Source: Octopus vulgaris (lineage: Eukaryota). Taken from it: 64,000 bases of DNA. The translations under genes and the position numbers were made by a program. Under the pieces are notes generated by a model. That model ran no database searches and was not told the origin of the DNA. It saw only the letters and a program-made list of their open reading frames with translations. Positions 1-13,449 of the stretch are shown here, piece by piece. The stretch's first letter is position 1; each line of letters starts with the position of its first letter. The DNA is taken from the NCBI GenBank assembly GCA_951406725.2, contig OX597814.1, positions 81,530,001 through 81,594,000 on the forward strand, in the 5' to 3' direction.

Positions 1-1045
1 GTCCTTCCATCTTTAAAAATTTAGTAAGCGGTGGCTTGAGTGGTATTTGGTTATTATTTCTAGCAGGTCGAGTGACTGTCCAGGTTCTTTCGTTAGCTCG
101 CCAGGATAAGAGTAGAACAATCCAGCTAAGGTTATACTCATCTTCTAGTAACACAGAATCAAAGACTAATTTAAATAGTTACAAACGTCTCTCATCTGAG
201 TTTGAATATTGTTGGAACTGAATTTATTTTTCGTTTATGTGAATATGATGTGACATGTACCTGTAATATACTGCACAATAGTCAAGTAGATTCTAGCTTA
301 CAAAATTGTGTCGTCATCAGATTGGTATCACGGTTTCAATTTCTATTTGGGTCTGTATCATTTAAATTCCATCTCAAGGTAGGCTCAGGCGTCACTGTAA
401 GTTTACAGCTCTATTTGGTCTGTGATTGACCGAATGAACAAGTTCTCTCTACAATGTCCGATTGTCACTTATATAATGTGGCTGCAGTCATGTTTAATTG
501 AGTTCCTTTCACTTCATTTCTCTAAGGACTTCCGGCTTGTAATTTGGTTCTATCACGATTGCGCTGATATCTCACACACAGAACAGTTCTTTTTCTACAT
601 GCACTAGCAGTATCAACTAAACTCAGTGCCATTCTCTCATGCTTTCTAGAAACACTTCTATCAAGTCTTTTTCTATATACACAAAGTACAGCTAATGTCC
701 TCACACATTCATTCACTGCTACCACACTACAGACATCTCTATAAAACCCAACTTACTTCTTTACAGAAATCTTATACAAGGCATTTTACATTGTACATAA
801 CCCACTGCTGTGAATAAACTTCACTCTTGAACAAGTTGAGTTTTGTCTGCCTGTCTCTGTATACCAATTACTATTGAACAAACATGCACACTATCAACAA
901 CCTACTACTGCCGATGTCATCACTTCAACCTGACCATGAACACTCTGCCATGTTATATCAACAAGCTACAAACATTAGCTACGAAGATTGTGGACTCACC
1001 ATACTAGTGACCCCTTCACTAGACTGGTGATACCACCACTATAGC

Positions 1046-1154
1046 ATGAATGTTGGAAATCTGAAATTTACATCATTTTTTTTTAATTGTTGCCAGGCTA
1101 TATTGTATGTTATGTTCCTTAAAACAATGTTAGATTTTTTAACAATTTATTCTG
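1046..1154 (+). CDS. GNPTG: Candidate first (or early) coding exon of GNPTG, hydrophobic N-terminal segment
   Basis: Open frame from ATG 1046 (or acceptor ttgccag|1097) reads ...AILYVMFLKTMLDFLTIYS and ends TCT G|gtaggt. Phase 1 matches the exon at 2328. No recognisable homology, so tentative. Confidence 0.35.
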
Positions 1155-1379
1155 GTAGGTAGGGCAAGTACTCATAACTTTTGCTAACCCTTTCATACAG
1201 AGGTGCAGGAACTCTTCTTGCAACATAAAAAAACAGCATGTCTATGCTAGTTGTTGTATTGTGTTAGTGAATAATGATTTACCAATATTTTTAAATATGT
1301 TTGCGAATGTAATATTTTCTCTATTTCATGTATGGGAGCAATAGGTGCAGGCATGGCTGTATGGTAAGAAGTTTGCTTC

Positions 1380-2140
1380 CGGTGTAGTGTTTGTCAGTTG
1401 AATTGTGGATTTTGAGTGTAACGCGTGTTTTTTGGTTGTCTTGGCAGTGCAATATTTTTCCTCTTGTTTAATGGAGGGTGTCAAGTGAGGAGCTGTGAAG
1501 GCTTGAATTATTCAGACTCCATAAATTACCCTTCGTCAGACTTTTTGTTGTCTGAAGAAGAATTGGTGAGGTGTTTGGATAGAATTGATGAAAAAATGGT
1601 GACAAAGCATTATGCAGAGGTGACAAAGGAAAAAACTAAAGAAGTGTGTCTGGAAGAAATAAGTAAATTTTTTTAAATGCTTAAAAGGGAGGAGACCGAA
1701 TTGAAGATATTCCCTCCCAAAGAATTTTTAAAGGGGAAACAAGAAAGAACAATTATTTACAGGATGTACTCTGTAGCAGCCAACAGAATTGAAGTCAGTC
1801 GATGGTGCAAGTTGAAAAGGCACTTAGACCAATCTGGCAAGGGATTTCCTACCTTGCCAGAGGAAAAATGTTTGGAACAGTGGAGGTGCAGTTCCGGGAG
1901 GTAGCTACTGCCAGGCTGCACTCAGCTACACTGTTGAGAACAGACAAAGTGGTGCTTCTACCCGTATACCTTGGGAAGCGTGCTTCTAGAGTTTGGGTAG
2001 AGGAAATACCCCCAGAAGTGGATGTAGCCTGGCTGGTAGCTGCCATACTGCTAGGCATGGAGGAGAAGGTGGTGGTCCTCCAGGCCACCAGAACACCCCA
2101 CAGGAACTTTCAAGATTAAAGGATTATGAGGAAGACAGTG
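1380..2140 (+). mobile_element. Decayed non-LTR retrotransposon ORF1-like fragment, abutting a truncated SINE head (1343-1380)
   Basis: Purine-rich broken ORFs (1425-1676, 1802-2119) with higher GC than the flanks, inside a GNPTG intron. Family assignment uncertain. Confidence 0.45.
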
Positions 2141-2327
2141 GGTATGAGTGGTGGGTCAGGAAAATAGACACCAGCACAATATCAGAAAAATTTTTTGAAA
2201 TCTCTACTTATATTTGACTCCATATCTAAGAGCAAGCTATACGTACAAATAATACACATGCAATCAAACAACACTTAAGATGGGTTGTATTACTGACAAG
2301 TTACTCTTTTTTTTTTATCCCTTGCAG

Positions 2328-2376
2328 ATGGAAAAACCTTTGATGTAAAACTTCTGGAAGAACCTTCAGGTTTATG
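2328..2376 (+). CDS. GNPTG: GNPTG coding exon (DGKTFDVKLLEEPSGLW)
   Basis: Poly-T tract + cttgcag acceptor and TG|gtgagt donor. VKLLEEP resembles the vertebrate GNPTG N-terminal MKVVEEP motif. Phase fits the next exon. Confidence 0.8.
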
Positions 2377-2669
2377 GTGAGTATAGTATTATATATAGTA
2401 GCACAAAAGTAGAATAAATTGGTTTGGGCAAACCATTTTATTCCATTTTTGAACTGCTTATACTCATTAATTGCTGCAGTAAACCATTTGTTTTCATGGA
2501 TTCTACTGTTTACTAGAGTATTTTGTAGTTTACTCTTTATCCCTTTTGGTACCAAACTGGCTTAGACTGCCCTTGATTCTATGATACAAACGTCCTGTGA
2601 TGATTTGAAGAGTAGGTATAAGTGGACTGGTTAAAAGAAATTGAGACAAAATAAAGACTAAACAGTTGT

Positions 2670-2885
2670 TTTGTCCTAGTTCAGCCCTAAGCAAATAGAT
2701 CTATGATCAAAGGCATTCCAGCCATGACCATCATATTTTTAAAGATAACTAGGATTATATTATCTAATATTTCCATTTTTATGACACTGGGGTGAGGGTG
2801 GGAGATTTTAGGGTTATATGGCTGCTATTTCTAGCAGGTCATGCAATGATATAGACCCCCCCCCCCCCCGCTGCTACCTCATTGA
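2670..2885. repeat. Unclassified, very abundant dispersed repeat of about 200 bp (also 1-100, 3515-3650, 5425-5590, 13240-13420, 19910-20120, 39320-39470, 45700-45890, 57870-58050, 58340-58500, 58960-59130, 59870-60030)
   Basis: Shared blocks gacctatgatcaaaggcattccagc..gaccatc and gtgtgatttgagggagattt.gctgctatttctagcagg in both orientations. Confidence 0.75.
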
Positions 2886-3083
2886 TATGTACACCAATAA
2901 TCAATGTTGGTGGTGAAATAATTGAAAAATACAAAACAAAGAGGGAGGGAAGGGTTGAAATAGCAACAAGAGGGAATCTGGAGAGTGGGGGAGAAGTAAC
3001 AATGTGATGTGGAAAAGAAATTAGGTAAAGAAGAAATTATTATATTTGAGCTATTTAATTGTTTATTTTATTTTCATTTACAG

Positions 3084-3197
3084 GAGCCATAATGAGGAAG
3101 ACAAACCTCTGGTTATGCAAATAAATCCTGCCAACTTCAGTGGACCTCCCCATTTTAGGTCACTCATTGGCAAATGTTTCAATAAATCTGATAATAT
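3084..3197 (+). CDS. GNPTG: GNPTG coding exon (SHNEEDKPLVMQINPANFSGPPHFRSLIGKCFNKSDN)
   Basis: tttacag|...AT|gtaagt, 114 nt, phase 2-2. SGPxH..L.GKCF matches GNPTG SGPVHLFRLSGKCF. Confidence 0.92.
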
Positions 3198-4281
3198 GTA
3201 AGTTCATCATTTTATAGTTTTATTTCCATTTTTTTTTATCCTATGCAAACATAAATAGGACATTTCTTACTTTTAGAATACAATTCTTTATACACCTTGT
3301 TATTTATTCCTTATAATACTAAACCATCAGAAGTAAAATGTATTTGAAACATGAATCAAGCAAAGTTATCTGGGCAGCAATTAAATGAATGCAAAGGACC
3401 ACTCTCTCTATTCGTCTTGTTGAATTGAAAGATGAGAAAAAAATACTTTGAAGACATATAGAATAAAACACTATCTGTAAGTTGCTGTTTTGTTGTTTAA
3501 TTCCAGTCTTCATTGAGCAAATCTATTATCAAAGGCATTCCAGCTTATCATTCTATCATTTCCTGCTTTAAAATATTAAGCAGTGATTTGAGGAAGACTT
3601 GAATGCCATTTCTAAAAGCTTGAGTGACCACTTAGAAGCTCCTTTGTTGACTCGTGCATCTGTGTGTTACATGAAACTGTAGCAGAATACTTATATATGA
3701 TCAGTAATGTAACAAATCAAACTTAAGCATTATTAATGCTTAAAAAACATTTTCCATGCCAAGGATCAAATGCATGCTTTGTAAATTAAAAAAAACTGGA
3801 GTTCTTTTTGAGTTGTAAGATCTTTACTAAAGACATTGAATTTCATATTATTCAGTGACTCTTCAACTAAACAAAACCAAAGTATATCCTTATCCAGTAT
3901 ACTGTCTATAGTCACAAAGGTACAAAATATAAGAAAAGAAGTCTAACAATACAGCAGTTAATCAAAACTATAACATAGATCTGACCAACCAGATGCTTGC
4001 ATCAACTCCATGATGGTGATGACATATATGTGTGTGTATATTATATATATACATACATGTGTGTGTGTATTATATCAAAAGGATGTGTTATAATACTATT
4101 CCACAGTTATACCAACAATCCAACGTACCTCCATCATCAGCTGCCCCACAGATATCATTATGGTTTTGACACCTGGGAAGTACCATTCAATCCAGCAGTG
4201 TTATATATATGTATGTGTGTGTATGTGCGTGTGCATGCATAAATAAGTTTCAAAATATATTTTTAATAAATTTTGTTTCAG

Positions 4282-4365
4282 GTACCAGTATAAATTCTGC
4301 CCATTCTTCAATGTAACTCAGCATGAACTTTCTCTGAGATGGAATCCTTACAATGGTATACTCGG
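4282..4365 (+). CDS. GNPTG: GNPTG coding exon, MRH domain ([28 protein letters not shown])
   Basis: tttcag|...GG|gtaagt, 84 nt. Close match to human [28 protein letters not shown]. Confidence 0.96.
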
Positions 4366-6242
4366 GTAAGTTGTTAAAAAAATCTATACACCTTATCAAT
4401 ACTCTAGCTCAAATTTCTACTCATTACTTGGCACTAAAAATCAATACTTTGTCAATTCACCATTATCACTAACCTCTTTATAAACTTATACATAAGCTGT
4501 TTATGACAAATCATCATCAGTGAGTGCTGTGTAATATTCTGTGAATCAGCTCCAACATCTCCATTTTCATTAAGTGCCTGTCCTCAGGACACTGCAGATA
4601 TATGCAGCAGGATATGAATCAATAATCCACAAGTCCAGCACATTATATAAACAGCCACTATATCTCATATGAAAACTATGGATTTCTCTTTTGTTTTTGT
4701 TAGTCATTAATGATCAGTTTGAAGTGAATCAAAGCAATCAATTATTAAAACTTAACTGTGAAAAAAGAAATAAGGAATATGAAATACTAAAATCCTTATA
4801 ATATCAAAATTTCCTTAATAAAATGGTATGGAATTAACAAAGGGATTAGAGTGCTGGACCAAATTAATTATGGCCCTTAGTTACATTCTTATATTTTGTT
4901 TTAAAGTCTGTCCATTTGCATTTCATCCATCTAAAAGTCAATAAAAAAGCACTAAAAACATTGCAATAGATTTGGTCAACTTACCCTGAGCTTCTAAAAC
5001 ATAAATAGTCTTTGTTCCTAAGGAAGAACCATGATTAGATTTTCCACAATAACATCACCCTATATTAAAACTATACTTTTGTGTGTGTGTGTGTGTGTGT
5101 GTGCGCATGTGTGTGTCTGTGGAGAGAAAGCAAGTGTTGATTTATTGGCTAAAGAATCATTAGTTTATATCCTGTTTCTGACAGTGCACAGTATTCCCTG
5201 ACGATGACTTATATCTATCAATAGCCTAAGTCAGCTAGATGTAAATAGCTGGACTGTATGGGAAATTTATAGATCACTGTTATATAATCAATATTTTGTT
5301 ATTTTACATGCTAAACTCAGATCCTTTAATGAGCATAGGGAAAACAACAACGATTGCTTGTGATCACTTTGTCAGTGATTGGATATGATCACAAACTAAA
5401 ATAAATTTTGTATTAGTCACTGAGGGAGCTTGTATATGGTCATTTGACTTGCTAAAAGTAGCAGCCAGATCTTTTTCAACTCACACCATAATGTCCTAAA
5501 AAATAAATATACATTGAATAATGTACTCTTGGATGTCTTATGCCAAGCAATAAAACAAGGTAGTCAAGGCTGGAATGCCTTGATCTTAATGCTGAATGGA
5601 AGTAAGCAGCAACAATATTAAATTCTACATATTGAGGCTCATTCTAAAATACGCCAAATTCTGACAGTCATTTTTGATAGCATTGAAATTGAAATAGCAT
5701 TATGAAAATTACAGAATAACAAATTGGAAACATAAATTTTAATATTTGAAATATATCTAGATCATTCAATGAATTTTTAACATCAGTTTGTTTTTAAGTA
5801 TCATACAAATGATAAATTGTTATAGTTTTTATAATAACCACCTACTAGGGTGGCTCAGTATATTATTACTGTATAAACAAAAGGCTATACAATTTTATTT
5901 TCATCGCCAGGAGCCACTTTATATTCTGTACTATGTTCAATAGAATGGTTTTCATAAATCTAGATATCTGCATACTTTTCAGGAATTTTTTTTATGTAGA
6001 ATGTTGATGGCACATAAAAAGCACCCAGCACACTCTGTAATGTGGCTGGTTTTAGGAAGGGCATCTAATCAAAGAAACCATGTCAAAACAGACAATTGGA
6101 GCCTGGACAGCTGCCCAGCTCTTGTTCAACCTATGCCAGCATGGAAAACGGATGTTAAATGATGGTGATGATTATGATGAATGCCACTTTTTTGCTTTTA
6201 ATCATTTAATTTCAAATATAGAAGTACAACCTATTTAATCAT

Positions 6243-6475
6243 GAAGGCTATGGCTTAGTGGGTAAGGTATTGCACTCACAATTGCATGATCATGGTTTCA
6301 ATTCCTTGACCAGGCAACTTTGTGTTCTTGAACAAAACACTTCATTTCATGTTGCTGCAGTCCATTTTCCCATAAGTGAGTAACCCTGTGGCAGACTGGC
6401 ACCCCATTCAGGGGGAATGTTGTGATTTCAGCCACTTATATGCCATAAAAACTGGATAACCAGCCCTATGAGTCT
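6243..6475 (+). mobile_element. tRNA-derived SINE fragment (same head as 20920-21251)
   Basis: A-box TGGCTTAGTGGG and B-box-like GGTTTCAATTCC, followed by gtgttcttgaacaaaacacttcatttca. Confidence 0.6.
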
Positions 6476-8602
6476 AGGATACTTGGCAGTTATGTCTAAA
6501 AAGAGATCTGTTTAGTCAAATAATGTAGCCTCTGCATAGTTGCTTGACCTGATATTTTGAGCTATTTCTGCTCTCCTGTCTTAAAAAAGAGAAAAGGATT
6601 CATCATATGCTATAGCAACTGATATATAAAAAGATGGGATGGTCATGCATGGAATGACTTTTGACTATAGGTCTACTCAATTGACCTGAGGATAAGTTTA
6701 TGGGGCAATGAGGAAACATCTATGTAGTCATTCATCCTGCTAGAAATCTCTCACAAATCACACTCTATTGCCTTTAGGAGAAAGGAGGAGAGCACAATAA
6801 ACACTGTAGTCCTCAGATATTCCCAAAAAGAGCTGGTGGTAAGCACTGGCCTGTGGTTAAATGAAAACAATTATTACAAGTTTGAGCCAATGAAGGAGTT
6901 GCTATAGGTTTGCTCAATTTGTTAGAAATAGCAGCTAAATTTCACAGGTTTCAGCATCCAATGACTTGTCTGTTTATTTTTCTCATCTTTACCACAATGG
7001 ATCATCATCATCATTTGACATCCATTTTCCATACTGGCATGAGTTGGACAGTTTGATAGGGGCTGGCTAGGCAGAAGACTACACCAGGCTTCACTGTCTG
7101 GTTTGGCAGGGTTTTTACAGTTGGATGCCCATCCTAACACCAACCACTTTACAGTATGAACTGGATATATCAGCACTGGTGGAGTCACCGAGTAAGTTGC
7201 AAGAAAAAGATCCTTTGAGAGGGAAGGCATTGGAGGAAGTGGCCTTGTGTCAGGTGATGAGCGGTTTGAGTGTAACAGAGGTATAGAAACAGGTGTCTTG
7301 CTGTAGAGGAGATACATGGTTGTCCAATCAGAGGGAGAGAGCAATAGAGAGAAGGGGGAGGGAGAGAGAGAGATCTAGAATGAGGAAAGAAACAAGTGTG
7401 TTGCTGTAGAGGAGATACATGGTTACCCAGTCAGAGGAAGAGAGCAAGAGAAGGAGAGATAAATAAATGAGAGAAAGGGTGAAAGTAACCCAGGGCTAAA
7501 CAACAACTCCACTGACAGAAGCCTCTTGTGATGATGTCTGAGCGTGTAACTTTAGTCTGTAATTTAACACCTTAGTCTCAAGGTCAATTCTGAAAATTCA
7601 GTAATTCTAATTATAGTATCTCACATAGGCACAATGAAACAAATTTTTGATGGCGGGTTATGGGTGATGACATTAAACTCAGCATTTGATTGATACAACT
7701 TTATAAATCTTGGATGGATGAAAGGTAGGGTTTGCCTCAGTGGAATTTGAACTTAGAATGTTGAACACTAAGGCATTTTATCTGACATACTTACAATTCA
7801 GCCAATTCCCTATCCCGATTCTTTTAATAATTCTAATAATGATTTCTAACAAAGGTATGCAGGTACAAATGTTGTTGTAGAAAATATATAATCAATTATA
7901 TTGATCTCTGTAATTGGTGATACTATTTTATTAACAACCAAAGAGTGAAAGGTAAAAGTTGCTGTCAGCTGGATTTGAACTCAGAATGTTTAGAGACAAC
8001 TAAATATCACAAAGTATTTTATTCACTGCTCAACTCACTTTATTCATTAACCATTCTGATATCAATCTGCTTGAGATAGCTCCTTCTCTGATACCAAACC
8101 TATTTTAACCTTTTAACATTTAAACAGGACACATCCTGCCCAAATATTCTACTTGTTTTATATTCAAACTGGCTATATCTGGCCTCTCACACCTACCCTA
8201 CAATGTCATTCTAAAAATAATCAATCACATTATCGAACCTACAAAATAATGCAGAATTAATTGAAAACAATGTGAATAAAAATGCATTACATATGACAGT
8301 AATCTGAATGCTAAAGTGTTAAGGTATTTATATTTAAAATAAAACCTTCCAACATAAATTGTAGGTAAAAAAAAAATTCTATCTCTTATGTTCTAATCAA
8401 TAGTTTATTAATGAAAACTTTGATTATTTTATTATTAAATAAGTCCAAAATCTTCAAAATTAATTGAAACACATAGTCAGTGTATATCATTAGAAATATG
8501 ATCGTGAATGAGTCCATTTAAGTGTTATTCTGAGCTGTTCAATTATCTCGTTTTGTATTTTCAGCAAGTGAAATTTTAACACCTCTTGTATTATGTTTTC
8601 AG

Positions 8603-8696
8603 TGTATGGCAGGATTGGGAAATTGCTAACAATACATTTACAGCTATGTTACTAAAGGAAGGCGATAAATGTGGATCTATCTCACGTACATCACGA
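8603..8696 (+). CDS. GNPTG: GNPTG coding exon, MRH domain ([31 protein letters not shown])
   Basis: ttttcag|...CGA|gtaagt, 94 nt. Matches human [23 protein letters not shown]. Confidence 0.96.
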
Positions 8697-8929
8697 GTAA
8701 GTCTTGTTTTATTAAAATTTGGTTACATTGCTATAAACAAGTGAATGGTGATTTTTTTTCTCTGTTGGCAAAAATGGTGTTCTCTCTGAATGAAAAGCAA
8801 ATAATCTGATGCTTATGTGCAAATTGCAATGTTGCTTGATAACAAGCAAATCATGGAGTGTTGAGAATATAGAAAAGTAGAGAAAGAAAGGAAGCAAGCA
8901 TACTCTTTTGGATGTGTAATGTAAACATA

Positions 8930-9250
8930 CATGAATAATGGATAACAGGGAAGCAGAGAGAAAGAGAGAGAGAGACCATGGATGTTGGTGGAATCAGTTA
9001 TAGAGTCCAAAAGAGGAAACTAGGCTGGCATGGAAATGTGATGCATATGAAGCATGATAGTTGGGTGAAGAAGAGTCAATTGATCAAAGTGGAGGGAATC
9101 TACAGAAGAGGAAAATAGAAGTGATGAAGGAAGCTAAACTCAGGATATAGAATCTCACAAAGGATCACAACATATGGTGAGACTGTGATAGAGCAGATCC
9201 ATTCAAACCATTCCAGTAAAAAATTTTTTTAAAAATTTTAAATGATGACA
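8930..9250 (+). mobile_element. Decayed RTE-clade LINE 3' coding remnant
   Basis: ctaggctggcatggaaatgtgatgcatatg reads L-G-W-H-G-N-V-M-H-M, like the RTE C-terminal LRWxGHVxRM motif. Short gat-type tail near 9243. Confidence 0.5.
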
Positions 9251-9654
9251 GAGATACTGAAATTCTAAATATCGTCATCATCATCATTGTCGTTTAACGA
9301 CTGCCTTCCATGCTGGCATGGGTGGGACAGTTTGGCAGGAGACAGCCAGACAAAAGCCTGCACAGACTTCTGTGACTATTTTGGAGGGATTTTTACAATT
9401 GATTTCTTTTCACTAAGCACAATGTTGTTTTTGTTTGCTTTTTTGTATAAAAAAAGATATAGTCAGGTACATAACTAGGGTCTATCAGAGAGAATTAATG
9501 GTATCCAGGAAGATAGTGTTGTATACAATTCTAGCTAATTCATATCATATTCACAAAAATAACTTTAATATACTTTAATAAAAAATACTTAGTTTTTTTT
9601 TTTTGTCAGCTGCAAAATAGTTTTGTGTGTGTGTATGAAACAGTTATATATATA

Positions 9655-9810
9655 TTGTATGGCAAGAAGCTTGCTTCTTAACCACATGGTTCCATGTTCA
9701 GTGTGGCACCTTGAACAAGTGTCTTCCATTGTAACCTCAGGCCAACCAAAACCTTGTGAGTGGATTTGGTAGACAGAAACTGAAAGAAGCCTGTTGTGTG
9801 TGTGTGTGCG
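9655..9810 (+). mobile_element. tRNA-derived SINE (multi-copy family; also about 12555-12615, 16690-16845 (-), 40505-40650, 43990-44100 (-), 49355-49470, 55110-55220, 56605-56745, 61435-61580 (-))
   Basis: Shared consensus ...aaccacatggttcc..gttcagt..ggcaccttgggcaagtgtcttc..gaccaaagccttgtgagtggatttggtagac.gaaactgaaagaagcc followed by (TG)n. Confidence 0.8.
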
Positions 9811-9920
9811 TATTATAATATAATAATATTATATATATTGTATATTATAATAATATATGTGTATATACACCTTGTATGTGTATATATATGTATACACACA
9901 TATACATATATATACACATA

Positions 9921-11197
9921 CAGAGTGTCATGGGTAAATTGTCACCATTTTATATTTCTAATTTTGTGTGTGTGCATTGTTTGTTAATTGATTTTGTCAA
10001 TTACGCACTATAGTTGCATCAGTTGGGCACCATCTTTGAGAAAAACAGTACCATGATGCAATTCACTCTGCCAGGAATTAGGAAATGACATTCTGTACTG
10101 CTTGGCATTCACACCGTAAACTCCAATATGAACATTTCAGAATGTTTGGGTGTCCGTCCGAGGTGAGTGCAGAAGACATGGATGAGTTTAATGGTGATTA
10201 CAAAGGTATGGCAGCTTGGAAAACTCACTCTGATCATTCTGATAAGAAAGAACTCCTGAATTTGTTGGTGAGATCCACACCATGATTGACAACGATCCCT
10301 CCAAGTCAATCAGGTCCATCAGCAAGGACATGGTAGTTTCTTATCAGGCAGGTAGTGCATGAAGACATTTGGTATTCCTCGTACAAGATGAGAAAGGACC
10401 AGTTTTTATTCCAAGCCATCAAGGACAAGAGGAAAGACCGTGCCACAAAACTTTTGAACAAACTCAAGCATCCCCTCCAACCAAACATGCTTTGGTTTTT
10501 CCCAGATGAGAAAAATTTCTGCCAAGATCAGATGTTGAATACAGAGAATAACCATTGGCTTGCCATGTCCCCAAAACATGTCCCGAGAGTGATAAAAATC
10601 AGACATCCAGTCAACATCATGGTATTTGGAGTGATCATTAGTGACAGTGACTTTATGCCGCCATTCATCTTCCCACACGGCTTCTGACTCAACACAGAAG
10701 CCTACATCAAGTGTCTGGAGGAAGTAGTACTTCCCTGGGTCAAGAGGGTGGCTGCTGGAAGACTCTGTGTCTGGCAACAGGACTGCACCATTCTACACAA
10801 ACAGGAAAACCCAGTCATGGCTGTCAGACAATTTCTACGACCACATCACCCCTAACATCTGGCCACCTAACTCCCCAGACTGCAACCCCTTTGATTATTA
10901 TGTGTAGGGCACAGTTGAGCAAGAGACCAACAAAACTCCTTGTAACACCAAAGATGAACTGAAGGCAAGGATTATGGCTGCATTCACCAACTTAAACAAG
11001 GAGACTATCCAGAAGAGTTGCAGGAAATTCCAAAGTCATCTGGAGGCCATGGTTGAAGCTAATGGCGATTTTATTGAATAAATTTAGTCTTTAGTATTTC
11101 AAAACATTTTTATGTAATTTTTGTAAGTATATCGATTAAAATGAGATATCAGTTTTATTTTCATTTTTGTGTAATTTAGATGACAATTTATTCACCA

Positions 11198-11204
<7 letters not shown>
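9921..11204 (+). mobile_element. Tc1/mariner superfamily DNA transposon, DD37D (maT-like), disrupted transposase
   Basis: TA-flanked imperfect TIRs (cagagtgtcatgggtaaattgtca / tgacaatttattcaccatacccta). Motifs WFFPDEKNF, MVFGVI, WQQD and WPPNSPDCNPFDYY, with frameshifts and stops. Confidence 0.85.
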
Positions 11205-11230
<26 letters not shown>

Positions 11231-12168
11231 AGCATGTCTTTGTGTCTGTTTTTGTCCCCCATCACTGCTAGATAACCAGTGTTGGTGTGTTTACATCCCT
11301 GTACCTTAGCAGTTTAGCAAAAGAGCCCAATAGAATAAATACCAGGCTTAAAAAAATAAGTGCTGGGGTTGATTCATTCAACTGAAATTCTTCAAGGTGA
11401 TGCTCCAGTATGACCACAGTCTAATGACTAAAACTAATAAAAGATTAAAAGGATATGTATACATGACTTGACTAAGTACCATGCTTTTGCTAGTCAATTT
11501 TAGGTGCCTATGTAATTGCAAGCAAGCATAAATACTCTCTTGGCCCAGTGGAACATAGACTATGTGACAGCTGGAGGGAGAAAGGCCTGCACCAGCTCTA
11601 GTCTGATACTCATTTTCAGCTGAGTAGACTGGAGCAACATGAGATGAAGAACTATCCAGTCCAGAAAGAAATTGAACTCATGACATTATGATTGAGAGGC
11701 CAACAATCTAACCACTTGTGTGTGTATATATATATATCTGAAACATAAAATGTACATGAGATATATATATATATATATATATATGAAACATAAAATGTAT
11801 ATGAAACAATGACTCCAGTAAAGGAGTAAAATGATAATTGAAATGGCTAAGTGGACACAATGTTGGACTATTTGCTCAGTGATTTTCAGTTCAGTTCCAG
11901 TAAGTTTCCTTTTTTTTTCTTTTTGTTTCCTTTTTTTGTTATAAAGGACTGAACAGTACACTTAATTCTAACTACCTCAGCAATAGGCATCACACCTTAA
12001 AATTTAAGAAAGAGATCTTAAAGTCCCTTAATGGTTGAGAAGACAACAATCAGCAATTCAGGGTTTGTTTGTTTTGGTTTTTTTTTGGTTTTTTATGGCA
12101 GAGAAAGTGATGCAAAAACTGTAATGATTATCCAACCTAAATTAATAGGAATTCTTATTCACATCCAG

Positions 12169-12366
12169 GTTGTCTTTGAATGTGCTCCAGAACACCAGCT
12201 AAAAAATGTTTCAGAACCTCGAACATGTGAATACCTATTTACATTCCAAACTCCTTTTGTATGTCATCCTAATGCAATGTTGGTTTACCCAACAATGGAG
12301 GACCATTTGAGAGATGCTTGGGATGAGCTCGAAGGACAATATGTTCGTGAAGAAATTACTAAGAAG
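12169..12366 (+). CDS. GNPTG: GNPTG coding exon (VVFECAPEHQLKNVSEPRTCEYLFTFQTPFVCHPNAMLVYPTMEDHLRDAWDELEGQYVREEITKK)
   Basis: atccag|...AAG|gtgagt, 198 nt, inside ORF 12031-12546. VSEPxTC..L.F.TP.VCHP...LVYPT is the GNPTG MRH C-terminus, followed by the DMAP1-binding-like helix. Confidence 0.96.
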
Positions 12367-13449
12367 GTGAGTACAGAATCATTTTCCTTATGTTTTACAA
12401 TTCATATAATAATAAATTTGCTTAGGATTTCTTTGAAGAAGAGGAATTATTGTTGTTGTTGCTGCTGCTGCAATGCTAGTGGAGGTGGTGGTGCCACTGT
12501 CATTGCCACCAAAATTGATCTGACTGTACAACATTATGTCTTCTGATATAGATTCAGGTCAACCAAAGCCTTGTGAATGAAATTTGAGAAACAGAAACTG
12601 CTTGAAAGCCTATCAGAAGCACTGTTCCTCTTTTGGGGTGGTAGACGTAATCCATCAACTGGTTTAACACCACCATAGGGTCCTTGAGTATCTTTAGTCA
12701 AGTCTACTTTATTGCCAATATTCAGACTAGGTCTCGGGCCTGAGTTCAACTACCTTCTTTCCTCCTATCAGCTTCAAAGGTTCTGAGGAAAAGTCATGGT
12801 TGCTGACCCATTTGACTTCTAACTAAGTTGTCTAGAAAAAAAAACTTGTAAAATCTAAACAGGTATTATATGTGTGTGCATACATGGATAACCACCAAGC
12901 TGGCTTGTAATGTTTTTTATGGTGGTAATATTTCTGATAAGTTCACCAAGGCTGACTTTGCCATTCATCCTTTCAGGGTCAAAAAATTAAGTACTGGTTG
13001 CATACTAGGGTTAATCTAATTGACTGGCCCCTTCCCCCAAAATGTCAGGTCTTGTGCCTAGAGTAGAAAAGAATATTTTTGTTAAGTTCTCAAAGGTTGA
13101 CTTTGCCATTCATTCCTTCCAGGCTGATATATATATATCAGTCAAACACTGGAGCCAATGTAATCAACTTAGTCCCACCTTCGAAATTACTGGCCTTGTG
13201 CCAAAATGTGATACCAATATTTCTGCTAAGTTATTGTCAGAGCTGATCAAATACACTTATGTCAAAAGTATTCCAGTCATGACCATCCTGTAATTTTTTT
13301 CAGGCATGTTGTATTTTAGACTACATTAAGTGCTTTTTTTTAAGATAGCAGGTTATTGATTGAAGAAGATTTAGTTGCTATTTTTAGCAGGTTCAATAAC
13401 CATATAGAAGCCCATTCATTTGCTTCTTAATATTTTTGAATATCAAACA

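Noticed and set aside
6243-6315. Possible tRNA gene
   Set aside because: A/B boxes run into a SINE body shared with 20920-21251, and no clean cloverleaf is apparent.
12031-12546. 171-aa single-exon ORF
   Set aside because: Only 12169-12366 is exon; the flanks are intronic read-through with low-complexity sequence.
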